From Candidatus Bathyarchaeota archaeon (GTDB lineage: Archaea; Thermoproteota; Bathyarchaeia; Bathyarchaeales; Bathycorpusculaceae), in NCBI GenBank assembly GCA_963815095.1, contig CAWFFH010000003.1, positions 960,001 through 1,024,000 of the forward strand: 64,000 nt of DNA, written 5' to 3'. The stretch's first letter is position 1. Each line of letters opens with the position of its first letter. The position numbers and the translations under genes are program-made. Shown here piece after piece: positions 26,962 through 36,842 of the stretch. Under the pieces are notes generated by a model. That model saw nothing but the letters and a program-made list of their open reading frames with translations, was not told the DNA's origin and made no database searches.

Positions 26962-27975
26962 ATGTCATCAAACACTAACAGGCTTGAAATCCAAAGCTAC
27001 GATGATAAAGAAAAAATGTTTCTAGTTAAATCACCTTTAGGCAACGTCGTGAAGGTTGCAGACACCTTTGCCGAAATGTTCGGGCTTTGGGCGGGAAGAG
27101 TTTTGATTACCGCACAAAACGAAAAATGGGCACAAATCGCCGCAAGTTTAACAACAGGTTTTGCCACAAGCGTAATCGAAGCAACTGCAGAAGCAGCAAT
27201 CGAACGAGCTGTTCCAGCAGACCAGACACCAGACAAACGACCAGGAATACTTATTCAAATTTATAATCGTGACCGATTTGAACTCAAACACCAGTTAATG
27301 CAACGCATTGGTCAATGCACACTGACATGCCCAACAACCGCAGCCTTCAACGGCTTAACCGGAAAACGCACCCTCAACGTCGGCAGCAGCCTCCGCTACT
27401 TCGGCGATGGCTTCCAGAAAAAAGCTATGGTTGGCGGCAGAAAATGCTGGAGAATCCCCGTTATGGAAGGCGACTTTATTGTTGAAGACGGTTTTGGCGC
27501 AATGGAAGCGGTTGCAGGTGGCAACTTTATGATTTTCGCTTCGGATCAACTTTCAGGTCTCAAAGCAGCTGAGGCTGCAGCAGACGCAATCCGAGCAAAT
27601 GCCCCTGACGTAATTATGCAGTTTCCAGGAGGAGTTTGCCGTGCAGGAAGCAAAGCAGGCTCGCTCAAATACAAACTTAAAGCTTCAACTAACCACCCAT
27701 ACTGCCCAACATTGCGTACTCTTGTTCCTGATTCCGTAGTTCCAGAAGGCGTAACTTGCGTCTATGAAATTGTTATGAACGGCTTAACATTGGACGCAGT
27801 TAAAAAAGGCATGAAAGTAGGCGTAACAGCAGCCGTCGGAGTTCCAGGGGTAGTAAAAATTTCGTCAGGTAACTACGGTGGAAAACTCGGACCATTCAAA
27901 GCTTATCTCAGAGACGCTATAGGTGCACCTGCAATAGAGCCAGCGCAGGCACCGCCAGTTAAGCCAAAAGCCTAA
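26962..27975 (+). CDS. ftr: Formylmethanofuran:tetrahydromethanopterin formyltransferase
   Basis: DTFAEMF, TPDKRPG, RIGQCTLTCPT, FGDGFQ, AGGNF, STNHPYCP, GNYGGKLG. Confidence 0.93.
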   Translation: MSSNTNRLEIQSYDDKEKMFLVKSPLGNVVKVADTFAEMFGLWAGRVLITAQNEKWAQIAASLTTGFATSVIEATAEAAIERAVPADQTPDKRPGILIQIYNRDRFELKHQLMQRIGQCTLTCPTTAAFNGLTGKRTLNVGSSLRYFGDGFQKKAMVGGRKCWRIPVMEGDFIVEDGFGAMEAVAGGNFMIFASDQLSGLKAAEAAADAIRANAPDVIMQFPGGVCRAGSKAGSLKYKLKASTNHPYCPTLRTLVPDSVVPEGVTCVYEIVMNGLTLDAVKKGMKVGVTAAVGVPGVVKISSGNYGGKLGPFKAYLRDAIGAPAIEPAQAPPVKPKA

Positions 27976-28057
27976 ACTTCCGTTTTTTAAGTCGGAACTT
28001 TTATTTGATTCCTATCAAAGTAAGTTATGCTGGTTACGCGGAACTTAGTGAAGTTAT

Positions 28058-29326
28058 TTGAGTACAGCAAAAAAATCGTCCCTTGAACTATTCAGGCTAA
28101 GAAAAACCCTCAACGCCCTAGCTAACAAAGAGGGTAGCCACACCGAACTTATCACTGTTTACGTTCCACCAGGCAAACAAATCAGCGACGCCCTCAACCT
28201 TCTGCGCAATGAATATGGAACCGCCAGCAACATCAAATCCAACGTAACGCGCAAAAACGTTCTCGACGCCATCACCAAAGCGCAGCAAAAACTCAAACTT
28301 TTCAAAGACCCAGGCGAAAAAGGCATTGTAATTTTTACGGGTGCTCTGCTTGGGGAGGGAGACGCGCCAGGAACTGAACGCATGGAAGCCTACGTCATCG
28401 TTCCACCTGACCCCATCAAAATCTTCCTCTATCGCTGCGACTCACGTTTCCACACTGAGTATCTGCAGGATATGTTGCGGGAAAAAGAAAGCTACGGCAT
28501 CTTACTGGTAGATGCTAACAACGCTTCGATCGCCACTTTGCAAGGGAAGCGTTTGCAGATTGTGAGGCAAATGCATTCAGGTGTTGCAGGCAAAACTAAG
28601 GCCGGGGGGCAATCGGCTAGACGTTACGAACGTCTTCGCGATATGCAGCTTAACGAATATTTCACCCGCGTGGGTGCACACGCAAATGAAATTTTCTTGC
28701 CTATTGAAAATTTAAAAGGAATTATCCTTGGTGGCCCAGGTCCGACAAAATACGATTTTGAGAAAGGCGACTACCTGAACTATCAACTCAAAAACAAACT
28801 TCTCGACGTAATTGACACAGCCTACGTAGAGGAGCAGGGTGTCAAAGAAATAGTGGATAAAGCCCCTGAAATTATGCGTAAAGTCCGCTACATCGAAGAA
28901 AAAGAAGTCATGCAAAAGTTCCTCTACGAAGTCGGTCACGACACTGGCTTGATAACCTACGGTGAAGCTGAAGTGAGACGTCTGCTGCAGAACGGAGCAG
29001 TGCGTACGGTATTGATGTCGGAGGATTTAGATTTGGTCCGCTTGACAGTCAAATGCGGCGCTTGCGGCTTGGAAGAACAATATACAGTTAAGGGCAAGGA
29101 CGTGTCTGATTTTGAGAAGGGTTTAATTGGGAAGCCCTGTGCAGCCTGTAAGGCGCCATCATTCACAGTGGTAGACAAGAAAGACGTTGTTGATGACTTG
29201 GCCGAGCTTGCTGAACTCGCAAACACTGATGTTGAGGTTATTTCCGGCGAAACTGAAGAAGGACAGATGCTCAAGAATGCTTTCGGAGGTCTTGCCGCGA
29301 TTCTAAGGTTCAAAATGCAAGGTTAA
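28058..29326 (+). CDS. prf1: Peptide chain release factor aRF1
   Basis: NIKS, YRCD and GGQS motifs; CxxC..CxxC minidomain. Confidence 0.97.
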   Translation: MSTAKKSSLELFRLRKTLNALANKEGSHTELITVYVPPGKQISDALNLLRNEYGTASNIKSNVTRKNVLDAITKAQQKLKLFKDPGEKGIVIFTGALLGEGDAPGTERMEAYVIVPPDPIKIFLYRCDSRFHTEYLQDMLREKESYGILLVDANNASIATLQGKRLQIVRQMHSGVAGKTKAGGQSARRYERLRDMQLNEYFTRVGAHANEIFLPIENLKGIILGGPGPTKYDFEKGDYLNYQLKNKLLDVIDTAYVEEQGVKEIVDKAPEIMRKVRYIEEKEVMQKFLYEVGHDTGLITYGEAEVRRLLQNGAVRTVLMSEDLDLVRLTVKCGACGLEEQYTVKGKDVSDFEKGLIGKPCAACKAPSFTVVDKKDVVDDLAELAELANTDVEVISGETEEGQMLKNAFGGLAAILRFKMQG

Positions 29327-29560
29327 TCGCGGTTAACGTGTTATCGGCTTTAAGAATGGCAATACTGACATTCATTCTAAGTGTTTCAATAATTGTTCAA
29401 GCTAAGAAAATCATGTGGTTGTTTCTCTCAAAAACTGAAAAGTTGATTGGGGGGTAAGGTGAGGGGTTAGTCCCTCTTTCTTATTGTTCTCTTTTGTTAT
29501 TGAATAAGACTTGTTTTGTTTGCTTATAAGGGATATTTCCATTTTCGTAATATCCAAGCA

Positions 29561-29842
29561 TTAACTTGGTTTTAACTGCAAAAGTTGTTCTGCCTGCTGC
29601 TTTCCTAACCCCTTTACGAACAGATGCTTTTCTTTAGAAGTAGCCCCTGAAACAAGCTCAACTTTCGTATGCAAAAGTTTTGTGAGTTCTTTTAGGATTT
29701 CTTTGTTCACTTTGCCTTTGATTGGTTCTTCAGTGGAGTGGACCATGATTTCGCCTTCATCCATTTCTAGACTAAATTTAGGGCTGTTGGGTTTAACAAA
29801 AATGGTGATTATTACGCCGTCGTTAGTTTCGGAGATACTCAT
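29561..29842 (-). CDS. DUF167 (YggU-like) protein
   Basis: IFVKPNS..PIKGKVNKE..GATSKEK; ATG at 29842 overlaps the topo IB stop (ATGA). Confidence 0.85.
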   Translation of the reverse strand: MSISETNDGVIITIFVKPNSPKFSLEMDEGEIMVHSTEEPIKGKVNKEILKELTKLLHTKVELVSGATSKEKHLFVKGLGKQQAEQLLQLKPS

Positions 29843-31494
29843 GCAGGTATGCACTCGGAATTGCAGGACGATCGTGCTTTGCCAGATTGCAATGCCCAAC
29901 TGAACTTGTTGCGCAGAGTTTGAGGGTAGAATTTCTCGATGTCGAACTTGACTTTCTTCGCCCATTTGACATACGCAGTCGGGTCAATGTAAGATTTCAA
30001 TGAGGTGCCCAAATTGTATTCCTTTGTCAGCTTGGTTAGTTGAATGTCCAGCTTGGCTCTTTCGATTCTGGTTTCGAGGGATTCGGTTTTTTTGCCCGCG
30101 GCTTTTTTTGTTTTCAGTTGTTGCTCGAGGTTTTTGAGGTTCTCTTCTTTTTGGACAACGCGCTTGTCAAAGGTCGGTGGAACTTTGCGTTTGTGGTTTG
30201 CCACTTCAGCAACTTTGAAGTTTGCCATTTTTGCCGCATAATTCTTTTTGTAATCGGGGTCATTTTTGGTGACGCCACTCTTTTCGAGCTCTTCTTTGAC
30301 GGTTTTCGTGCATCTCCATGTACGGAAAACTTTGGCGGTGAGTTTGGGCATTTTTTCAGAGAGGAAACGGCTCACATGTTTGGAGTCGATGCCTTCAAAG
30401 AGGTATTCTTTACTTGTTTTGCTGAAATGCTCAATGTTTTTTATGACTTCAGGAGGCGCTTTATACTCTTTAATCCATCTCACGCTGTCTTTGCCTAAGA
30501 AATCAAAGTGGAGTGTATCACCCACGATTTTGATGTGTTCTTTTCTCAGCGTTATAGCCCCTACGGTGTCCGCTTCGTCGGGGTCTTTTTCGTCGCCAAC
30601 CCTCATGTTAGGCACCAAAATCAGCCATGACACAGTTGCGACCTTGCGCCTTGTCTCGTCCTTGTTGACAAGGTTTTTGAGGATATGTGCTTCGATTTGT
30701 TTGATTTGTTTGTCCAATGTTTCGGCTTTCTGGAACTTTTCTTTTTCGCGGTTCTGTTTTAGGAATGCAGTATCGGAGAACCAGACGTATTTGATTTTGC
30801 CTGTGAGTTTGTCTTCCCACTTGGCTACATACATCTTATTGGGTTCCCAAACGATGCCTTTCCAGTTTCCCGCGGGTTTTGGCACATCAGGGGGCAAGTT
30901 GAGCGTGATGTCTTGCTCGCTTGGTCCTTCCTTCCATTTGCCTCGTTGTGGGTGGTCGCCTCGACCAGCAAAAAGACATGAAGGTTCAGCAGTCCAGTTG
31001 GCAATTTCCAGTTTTTGCCCATCAACTTCTGCATAACCATATTTTTCTTTGAATTCTAAACGTTTTACTTTACGTTCTTCAGCCTGCTTCTTCTTCTCTT
31101 CCTTAGTTATTGCTTCTTTCTTGGCTTTATCGTCAATGATGAAGCTCTTAACTTGGCTAAAATCAATTTCGTTGATTTGCCCACCGTTGTTTTGGATCGT
31201 CTGGGGATTATCGATGCTGGCAAGGTACTTTTGAATGAAAGCGTTCAAGTATCCTGCGGAGGGATTTTCTTTCTTTAGCTGTTCGAGAAATTCCTTCATG
31301 AAATTCTTTGTAAAAACTTTGTCTGGTGGTGGTATGGTAGTTGATAGAACTCTGCGGCTCCACGCCATCGCCATGGGTTCAGTTTTATTGGTTAGTTTGA
31401 TTGTTTGACCTTGAATTTTTACACTAAATCCCTTAAGGTCGTAAGGCGGAACGAATATGCCGTTGTGCTTTAGGCTTTTCATAACGTGTTTCAT
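29839..31494 (-). CDS. top1: DNA topoisomerase IB (eukaryote-like)
   Basis: LKHNG, FAGRGDHP, MRVGDEKD, DFLGKDS, KVFRT, NHKR, GTSLKSYIDP (catalytic Tyr). Confidence 0.95.
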   Translation of the reverse strand: MKHVMKSLKHNGIFVPPYDLKGFSVKIQGQTIKLTNKTEPMAMAWSRRVLSTTIPPPDKVFTKNFMKEFLEQLKKENPSAGYLNAFIQKYLASIDNPQTIQNNGGQINEIDFSQVKSFIIDDKAKKEAITKEEKKKQAEERKVKRLEFKEKYGYAEVDGQKLEIANWTAEPSCLFAGRGDHPQRGKWKEGPSEQDITLNLPPDVPKPAGNWKGIVWEPNKMYVAKWEDKLTGKIKYVWFSDTAFLKQNREKEKFQKAETLDKQIKQIEAHILKNLVNKDETRRKVATVSWLILVPNMRVGDEKDPDEADTVGAITLRKEHIKIVGDTLHFDFLGKDSVRWIKEYKAPPEVIKNIEHFSKTSKEYLFEGIDSKHVSRFLSEKMPKLTAKVFRTWRCTKTVKEELEKSGVTKNDPDYKKNYAAKMANFKVAEVANHKRKVPPTFDKRVVQKEENLKNLEQQLKTKKAAGKKTESLETRIERAKLDIQLTKLTKEYNLGTSLKSYIDPTAYVKWAKKVKFDIEKFYPQTLRNKFSWALQSGKARSSCNSECIPA

Positions 31495-31639
31495 TTTGGT
31501 TGAACACCATTTTTCGGCAAAGTTTCTTGCTTAGCCAACTATAGCTTTTACAAGGTTTTTTTATCTTTCGTTTTAAGATATTGCTTACGTCTACGACGGA
31601 TAAGACTTTAAAAATATTCGTCAATAGTCTGGGCGGATT

Positions 31640-32047
31640 TCAGGAAAAAAGCTGTTTCTGCCGTTTTGAAACTCTGTCGCTTTGCAGTTTCTTATAAACT
31701 TCCTCAACCATCTTTCGTTCAACATAACCCTTATGGGGTCTAAATCCACCGCTGAACCCGCCGGGAATGTGCATAAGCTCATGAATCAAAGTCCGCTCTT
31801 TATCTTCCGAGGACATTCTGTCAAAAATCTCTGAAATAACCTCAATAGTGTATGATGGGGGAAGGTTCAATACGCCTTGCCAAATCTTGCCTAGGCCATG
31901 AATTCGGGCGATTGTGCGGCGTGCTTTGGAGCCTTTGCTTCGTACGCAGAAAACGAACTGCGGTACTACATGGTAGAATTCGCATTCCTCTGCTAACTGG
32001 TCAACTTGTTTTTTGATTTCTGGGGCCTCAAAATACTTTATTGGCAA
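31640..32047 (-). CDS. Putative zinc metallopeptidase
   Basis: HELMHIP..GGFRPH; likely TTG start at 32047. Confidence 0.8.
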   Translation of the reverse strand: MPIKYFEAPEIKKQVDQLAEECEFYHVVPQFVFCVRSKGSKARRTIARIHGLGKIWQGVLNLPPSYTIEVISEIFDRMSSEDKERTLIHELMHIPGGFSGGFRPHKGYVERKMVEEVYKKLQSDRVSKRQKQLFS

Positions 32048-32093
32048 TTTTCCCTCTTCCGTTACCTTGTGATATGTTGTTTTAGTTAAAAAG

Positions 32094-34697
32094 CTAGGTG
32101 CTTTTCCGCAGAATTTTGGCAAGTTCCATCCAGAACGTGGCAACGAAAGGTACAACGGTGACCAGTGCCCAGTCTTGCAAGTGTAAGCTTGTTATTTGTA
32201 ATGATGTCTGTGTGAATGGCAGGGAAGTGCCCAAAAGTAAAGTTACAAATGCCAGCAGTGCCCATAGGAGCATGACTTTGTTTGAAAGGAGTCCTTCTTT
32301 AATTAGTGGTTCTCGTTCCGAGCGGAAGTTAAGCGCCAAGAAGATGTGTCCAAACATCCAAGTTGCAAACGCAACCGTCCGCGCGTAAGGTATGCTTTGG
32401 GTTGTGTAATATGCAAATAGGAAAGTAGCTGTTACCGCTAAGAAGAGGCTTAAGGCACCCAAAAAGAGGGTTGTTAGCATTGGTTTATTGAGGAATTTCT
32501 CTTTTGGATTAATCGGTGGCTTTTGCATATTCCCTGATTCCTCGGGTTCAGCGACAAAAGTAGCTGAAGCAGCCAGGTCCATGAAGAGCTCAAGTACTAT
32601 GATTTGTATTGGGGCAAAGGGTAGCGGAATACCTAAGATAATAGGGATGAGAAAGATGGAGACCAATGCTACTTTACATGCTAAGTAGTAGCGGACCCCT
32701 TTGCGCAAATTGTCGAAGAGTTTGCGCCCTTCTTTAACTGCGATTTCTATGGTGGTAAAGTTGTCATCGGTCAAAATCATGCTTGCTGCTTCTTTGGCGA
32801 CGTCGGTTCCGCGTGTGCCCATGGCAATTCCGATATGTGCTTCTTTAAGTGCTGGAGCATCGTTTATGCCGTCGCCTGTGACAGCTACGATTTCGCCGTT
32901 CTCTTTGAGTAACCTAACCAGACGCAGCTTGTCTTCTGGAGTAACTCGAGCAAAAATATATGTGTTCTTCAATGCTTCTTTTAGATCAGCGTCGGTCATC
33001 TTTGCGATTTCATCCCCTGTTAGCACTTTTGAGCTGTTTATGCCGACTTGATAGGCGATGGTTCTTGCAGTTTCAGGGTGGTCTCCTGTAATCATAATTA
33101 CTTTGATTCCTGCTTCTTTACAAGTTTGGATGGCTCCCCTTACTTCTTTGCGTGGTGGATCAATGAAGCCTATGATTCCGACGAAAACGATGTTTTTCTC
33201 AAGAATTTCCTTCTCCGATGGTGCATCTGTTGGTAATCTGTGGTATCCAAAACCCAAAAGGCGTTCGCCCGAACGCGCCATCTTAACTATTGCCAAGGAA
33301 ACTTCATTTCTAAGGGCATCGGTAAGCGGTGATTCTTCACCCTTCAACAAAATTCTGTCGGCGTTTTCTAGGATTCTCTCAGGTGCACCGCTCGACAAAG
33401 CCACCATTGAGTTGCCATATTGGTAAATGTAAGAAGCAAGTTTGCGTTTAACATCAAAGCTTAATTCGTCTTTGAGAACCCAATCTTTTGACAGAAGTTC
33501 GACTTCCAAGCCATCCTGTTTTAGGTTTTGTAGGATTGCTTGTGTCATCGGATTACCAGACATTGGGGCGTTACGGATTGCGTCGCTCGATAGAAGCGCT
33601 GTTTTTAATGCAGCTTTTTCGTTTTCTTTAAACTCAGTTGCTGAGGTTACTTTGGTATCAAAGTAAAGGTGTTCCACCCGCATATTGTTCTCGGTAATTG
33701 TGCCAGTTTTGTCAGTAGCTATTACTGTTACTGTTCCAAGGGTTTCTGCTGCACGCAAACGCTTCACTATGGCGCCTTTGCGGGACAAAGCGTAGCTGCC
33801 TACTCCTAAAACCATCGTAATTATGATAGGCAATTCCTCGGGGATAACAACGAATGCCAAAGACAAACCATAGAGCACAGCTTCTGCTGGGCTAGGTTGC
33901 AAACCCCTGATGTAACTTAAGACTGGTATGAGTATGGCGAAGAATAATGCAACCCAAACAAGCGTCTTAGAGAGCTGTTTCATAGCCAATTGAAGTGCTG
34001 TTTTAGGTTCTTTGGTGGCTTTGGTTATGCCAGCGACTCTTCCAAGTTCCGTGCTAATTCCAGTTGCGGTTACAATTGCCTTTGCTCGTCCCCTTGAGAC
34101 TACGGATCCCGTGAAAAGCATGTTAGTTTGATCTGTGATTCTGGTTTCAGTCGGCAATGCTAAGGTGGCGTCTTTGGCGGCTGGGAACGATTCGCCGGTT
34201 AACGAAGATTCGTCCATTTCCAACCCGTAAGCCTCTAGTAGTCGAGCGTCCGCTGGAACTCGCTGTCCCACATTCAAAAGTAAGATGTCGCCTGGAACCA
34301 AAAACGCTGTTTGGATCTCAACTGGTTGACCATTTCTGAGCACTAACGCGGTCGACGGAGCTAGTTTCTTGAGCGCAGAAATTGAGCTCTTAGCTCTGTA
34401 TTCATTCCAAACTTCGGCGAGAACAAGAATTATTATAATTATGATGATTGTTAGCGCGTCAGTTAAACTGCCTAAGATGCTGTAGAGAACTCCAACAGCA
34501 ATTAGCAGGAGAATCATAGGCTCAGTGACTTCTTCCCGCAAAATGCCTATGAAACGGATTTGCTTCTCCTCAATGATGCTGTTTTTTCCATATCTGTTTA
34601 AACGTATTGCTGCCTCTTGGTCTGTTAAACCTCTCTCAGGATTAACATCCAATGAACGCGTGAGATCTTGAGTGTCTTTTGAATGCGCTTGGCTCAT
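32094..34697 (-). CDS. P-type cation-transporting ATPase (P2 type)
   Basis: TGES, PEEL, DKTGT, TGD, GDGINDAP. Confidence 0.95.
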   Translation of the reverse strand: MSQAHSKDTQDLTRSLDVNPERGLTDQEAAIRLNRYGKNSIIEEKQIRFIGILREEVTEPMILLLIAVGVLYSILGSLTDALTIIIIIIILVLAEVWNEYRAKSSISALKKLAPSTALVLRNGQPVEIQTAFLVPGDILLLNVGQRVPADARLLEAYGLEMDESSLTGESFPAAKDATLALPTETRITDQTNMLFTGSVVSRGRAKAIVTATGISTELGRVAGITKATKEPKTALQLAMKQLSKTLVWVALFFAILIPVLSYIRGLQPSPAEAVLYGLSLAFVVIPEELPIIITMVLGVGSYALSRKGAIVKRLRAAETLGTVTVIATDKTGTITENNMRVEHLYFDTKVTSATEFKENEKAALKTALLSSDAIRNAPMSGNPMTQAILQNLKQDGLEVELLSKDWVLKDELSFDVKRKLASYIYQYGNSMVALSSGAPERILENADRILLKGEESPLTDALRNEVSLAIVKMARSGERLLGFGYHRLPTDAPSEKEILEKNIVFVGIIGFIDPPRKEVRGAIQTCKEAGIKVIMITGDHPETARTIAYQVGINSSKVLTGDEIAKMTDADLKEALKNTYIFARVTPEDKLRLVRLLKENGEIVAVTGDGINDAPALKEAHIGIAMGTRGTDVAKEAASMILTDDNFTTIEIAVKEGRKLFDNLRKGVRYYLACKVALVSIFLIPIILGIPLPFAPIQIIVLELFMDLAASATFVAEPEESGNMQKPPINPKEKFLNKPMLTTLFLGALSLFLAVTATFLFAYYTTQSIPYARTVAFATWMFGHIFLALNFRSEREPLIKEGLLSNKVMLLWALLAFVTLLLGTSLPFTQTSLQITSLHLQDWALVTVVPFVATFWMELAKILRKST

Positions 34698-34969
34698 CGC
34701 AATACCTAAACATCACTGAGTTGGGAAATTACTAAAGGTTGCGAAAACGGCCCTGCCCCACATAAGATTGCTCAGAAGGAAATGACTTAAAAAGCTTACA
34801 TCCTAAACAAATAAATGATATTCTTGGGGTTAATAAGTTGAATAGGCGTTCTTAGGCGGATTGGAACAATCGCTAAATAACGATTTGTTCTTTGAAACCG
34901 TTTTTTAGCTTATTATGCAAAACTTTATAACCGCGCCGAACGTTTTGAGTCTAAAAAGGTAGAAGTAAG

Positions 34970-35890
34970 ATGAAATTCGGCACATACATGTTTGAAGCAA
35001 AGAAAGTTCCAGGCTTCGACTATGACCTTTTCCGAGTAAAACCAGAAGTAGGCAGACGAATGCCACCCAAAGCTGACATGCACAGCAACATCGCAATCTT
35101 CGGAGACAACGTAACCGCCCGCATCCACCCAGACTGGATCAGCCAATCTGACTTAGGACCAGCATGGAGAACAAATGACAACTTTAACGTACGCTGGGAA
35201 GTACTATGCGCAACACAACCAGAGCACAGAGCTGAACAATTAGACTACATCGAAGACGTAGCACGCAAAAGCCAAGGAATCTGGCTAAACAGCATCCACT
35301 TCGCAGAACACGGCCACTGCACATGCCCACGATGCAAAGACCTATGGAAGAAAAGCGGCTTAAGCTGGTACGAATGGAGACGAAAAGAAATCACCGAATA
35401 CATGGCACAAGTAAGCGACCGCGTACGTAATAAAGCAAAGAAAAAGTTTGTCATCGGAGTCCTTCCAGACCCAGTCACAAACTATGAACGTTTCGGCGTA
35501 TGGTTCGACGATCTCGCACCGCTAACCGATGAATTCCTAGTCGTGATGTTCAACAAAAACTATGCTACTCCATGGTACAATGAAATGCTTACACGCAACT
35601 TCAAGAAACTCTTCAAAGACGTAAAACTAAACATTGCACTCTACGTTATCGGGCCCGGAGACGATCCAAAAGAAACACCAACTCCCGCTGAACTCTTAAC
35701 AGTCTCAGTTCGCATGGCACGCGCAGGAGTGGACGGACTACTATACCTCACAGACAAAGCAGCACAAATGCAAGAATTCCAGAAAGCAGCAATCGCCCAA
35801 AAAGATGTTCGCGAACGCCTAGTAAGTTACGGCGGAAAGCAAGGTCAAGAAGTTCTCGACTTAGTTACAAGTTGGGAAAAACTGTTCTAA
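34970..35890 (+). CDS. Hypothetical protein, possibly a glycoside-hydrolase-like TIM barrel with a Cys cluster
   Basis: 306 aa; GIWLNSIHF..HCTCPRC..WYEWRRKEITEY. Confidence 0.7.
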   Translation: MKFGTYMFEAKKVPGFDYDLFRVKPEVGRRMPPKADMHSNIAIFGDNVTARIHPDWISQSDLGPAWRTNDNFNVRWEVLCATQPEHRAEQLDYIEDVARKSQGIWLNSIHFAEHGHCTCPRCKDLWKKSGLSWYEWRRKEITEYMAQVSDRVRNKAKKKFVIGVLPDPVTNYERFGVWFDDLAPLTDEFLVVMFNKNYATPWYNEMLTRNFKKLFKDVKLNIALYVIGPGDDPKETPTPAELLTVSVRMARAGVDGLLYLTDKAAQMQEFQKAAIAQKDVRERLVSYGGKQGQEVLDLVTSWEKLF

Positions 35891-35973
35891 AATAGACCAA
35901 ACCGTTGCAGGCAGAAACAACCTATAGTGGTAAAAACCACCAAGGCTGCCCTTTTTATTTAATTAAAAAAATT

Positions 35974-36408
35974 CTATTGTATGTACCCTAAGTTTTTGTT
36001 TTGGGTTTCGTTTATTTCCTTCATCGACTCGTAATGCGCTTCAATTAAGATTTTGAGGGCGTCGATGTTTTTTGTAATATCTTCTACTTCGCCACTTTTC
36101 TGTAAAACCCCAGATTTTACAAGTTGCTCGTTTATTTTGCTGACTGAAACTTCAATGACCTTAACTTTGAACGCAAAAATCTGTAATGTGTAGAGAAGGC
36201 TAAGCTGAGAAGTTAAACGTTCTAAACGATCTAACTCGAGTGTTTTTCCAATGAACGCTCTTAATTTTTGTTCTTGAGATGCAAGCGGTGAAACAAGAAG
36301 ACCCTCGTATATGGCCGTTTGTTTTGTGGTTGCTTCCTTGGTTTCATCCACGACTTTTTGAACGCGTTTTGCGGTTTTATCTAACATCTCTAAGACTTCA
36401 TCCATCAA
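35974..36408 (-). CDS. Hypothetical helical/coiled-coil protein
   Basis: 144-aa ORF with a GGGGA RBS and TATA upstream. Confidence 0.7.
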   Translation of the reverse strand: MMDEVLEMLDKTAKRVQKVVDETKEATTKQTAIYEGLLVSPLASQEQKLRAFIGKTLELDRLERLTSQLSLLYTLQIFAFKVKVIEVSVSKINEQLVKSGVLQKSGEVEDITKNIDALKILIEAHYESMKEINETQNKNLGYIQ

Positions 36409-36558
36409 GTATTCCCCAAATCAATGTTAATTTTACTTTTAGGAGACTATATGACCCATTATATATAGCTTAAACAAATTTTAGACAGGTTTTTAATAGG
36501 TAAGCTTTTAGGCAAATCAATACATAATAACAGAACCAGAATTAACAAGAGGAATATT

Positions 36559-36627
36559 ATGCCTTCACTAGCAAAAAAGAATGCAGCAAAAAAGAAGAAA
36601 CATGAAGAAAAAACCGGGAAGAAGTAG
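36559..36627 (+). CDS. Lys-rich micropeptide, 22 aa (MPSLAKKNAAKKKKHEEKTGKK)
   Basis: GAGG RBS about 6 nt upstream; T-rich tract after the stop; sits alone in an intergenic gap. Confidence 0.55.
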   Translation: MPSLAKKNAAKKKKHEEKTGKK

Positions 36628-36842
36628 CTCTTTTCGTTTCTAAGCGCTACTTAACCGAAAAAACCTCTCATACCTTTTCTCTTTATTAAAGCGTTATCTT
36701 TGCTTTTGTTGAATGTAAGGATTGGCTAATCAGAGGTAGATCTAAATAATTTTCTCCCATTAAAGAGGGTTTTCTCAATGTTTGAAGAGTAAGAAATTAA
36801 AGTGTTACCAGCCTATCTCTCCAATCACAGGATGAACACCGA

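Noticed and set aside
30040-31036. Long + strand ORFs opposite topoisomerase IB, and similar ones opposite the ATPase, rpiA, PQQ/NosD and lys genes
   Set aside because: Antisense shadows of well-supported genes.
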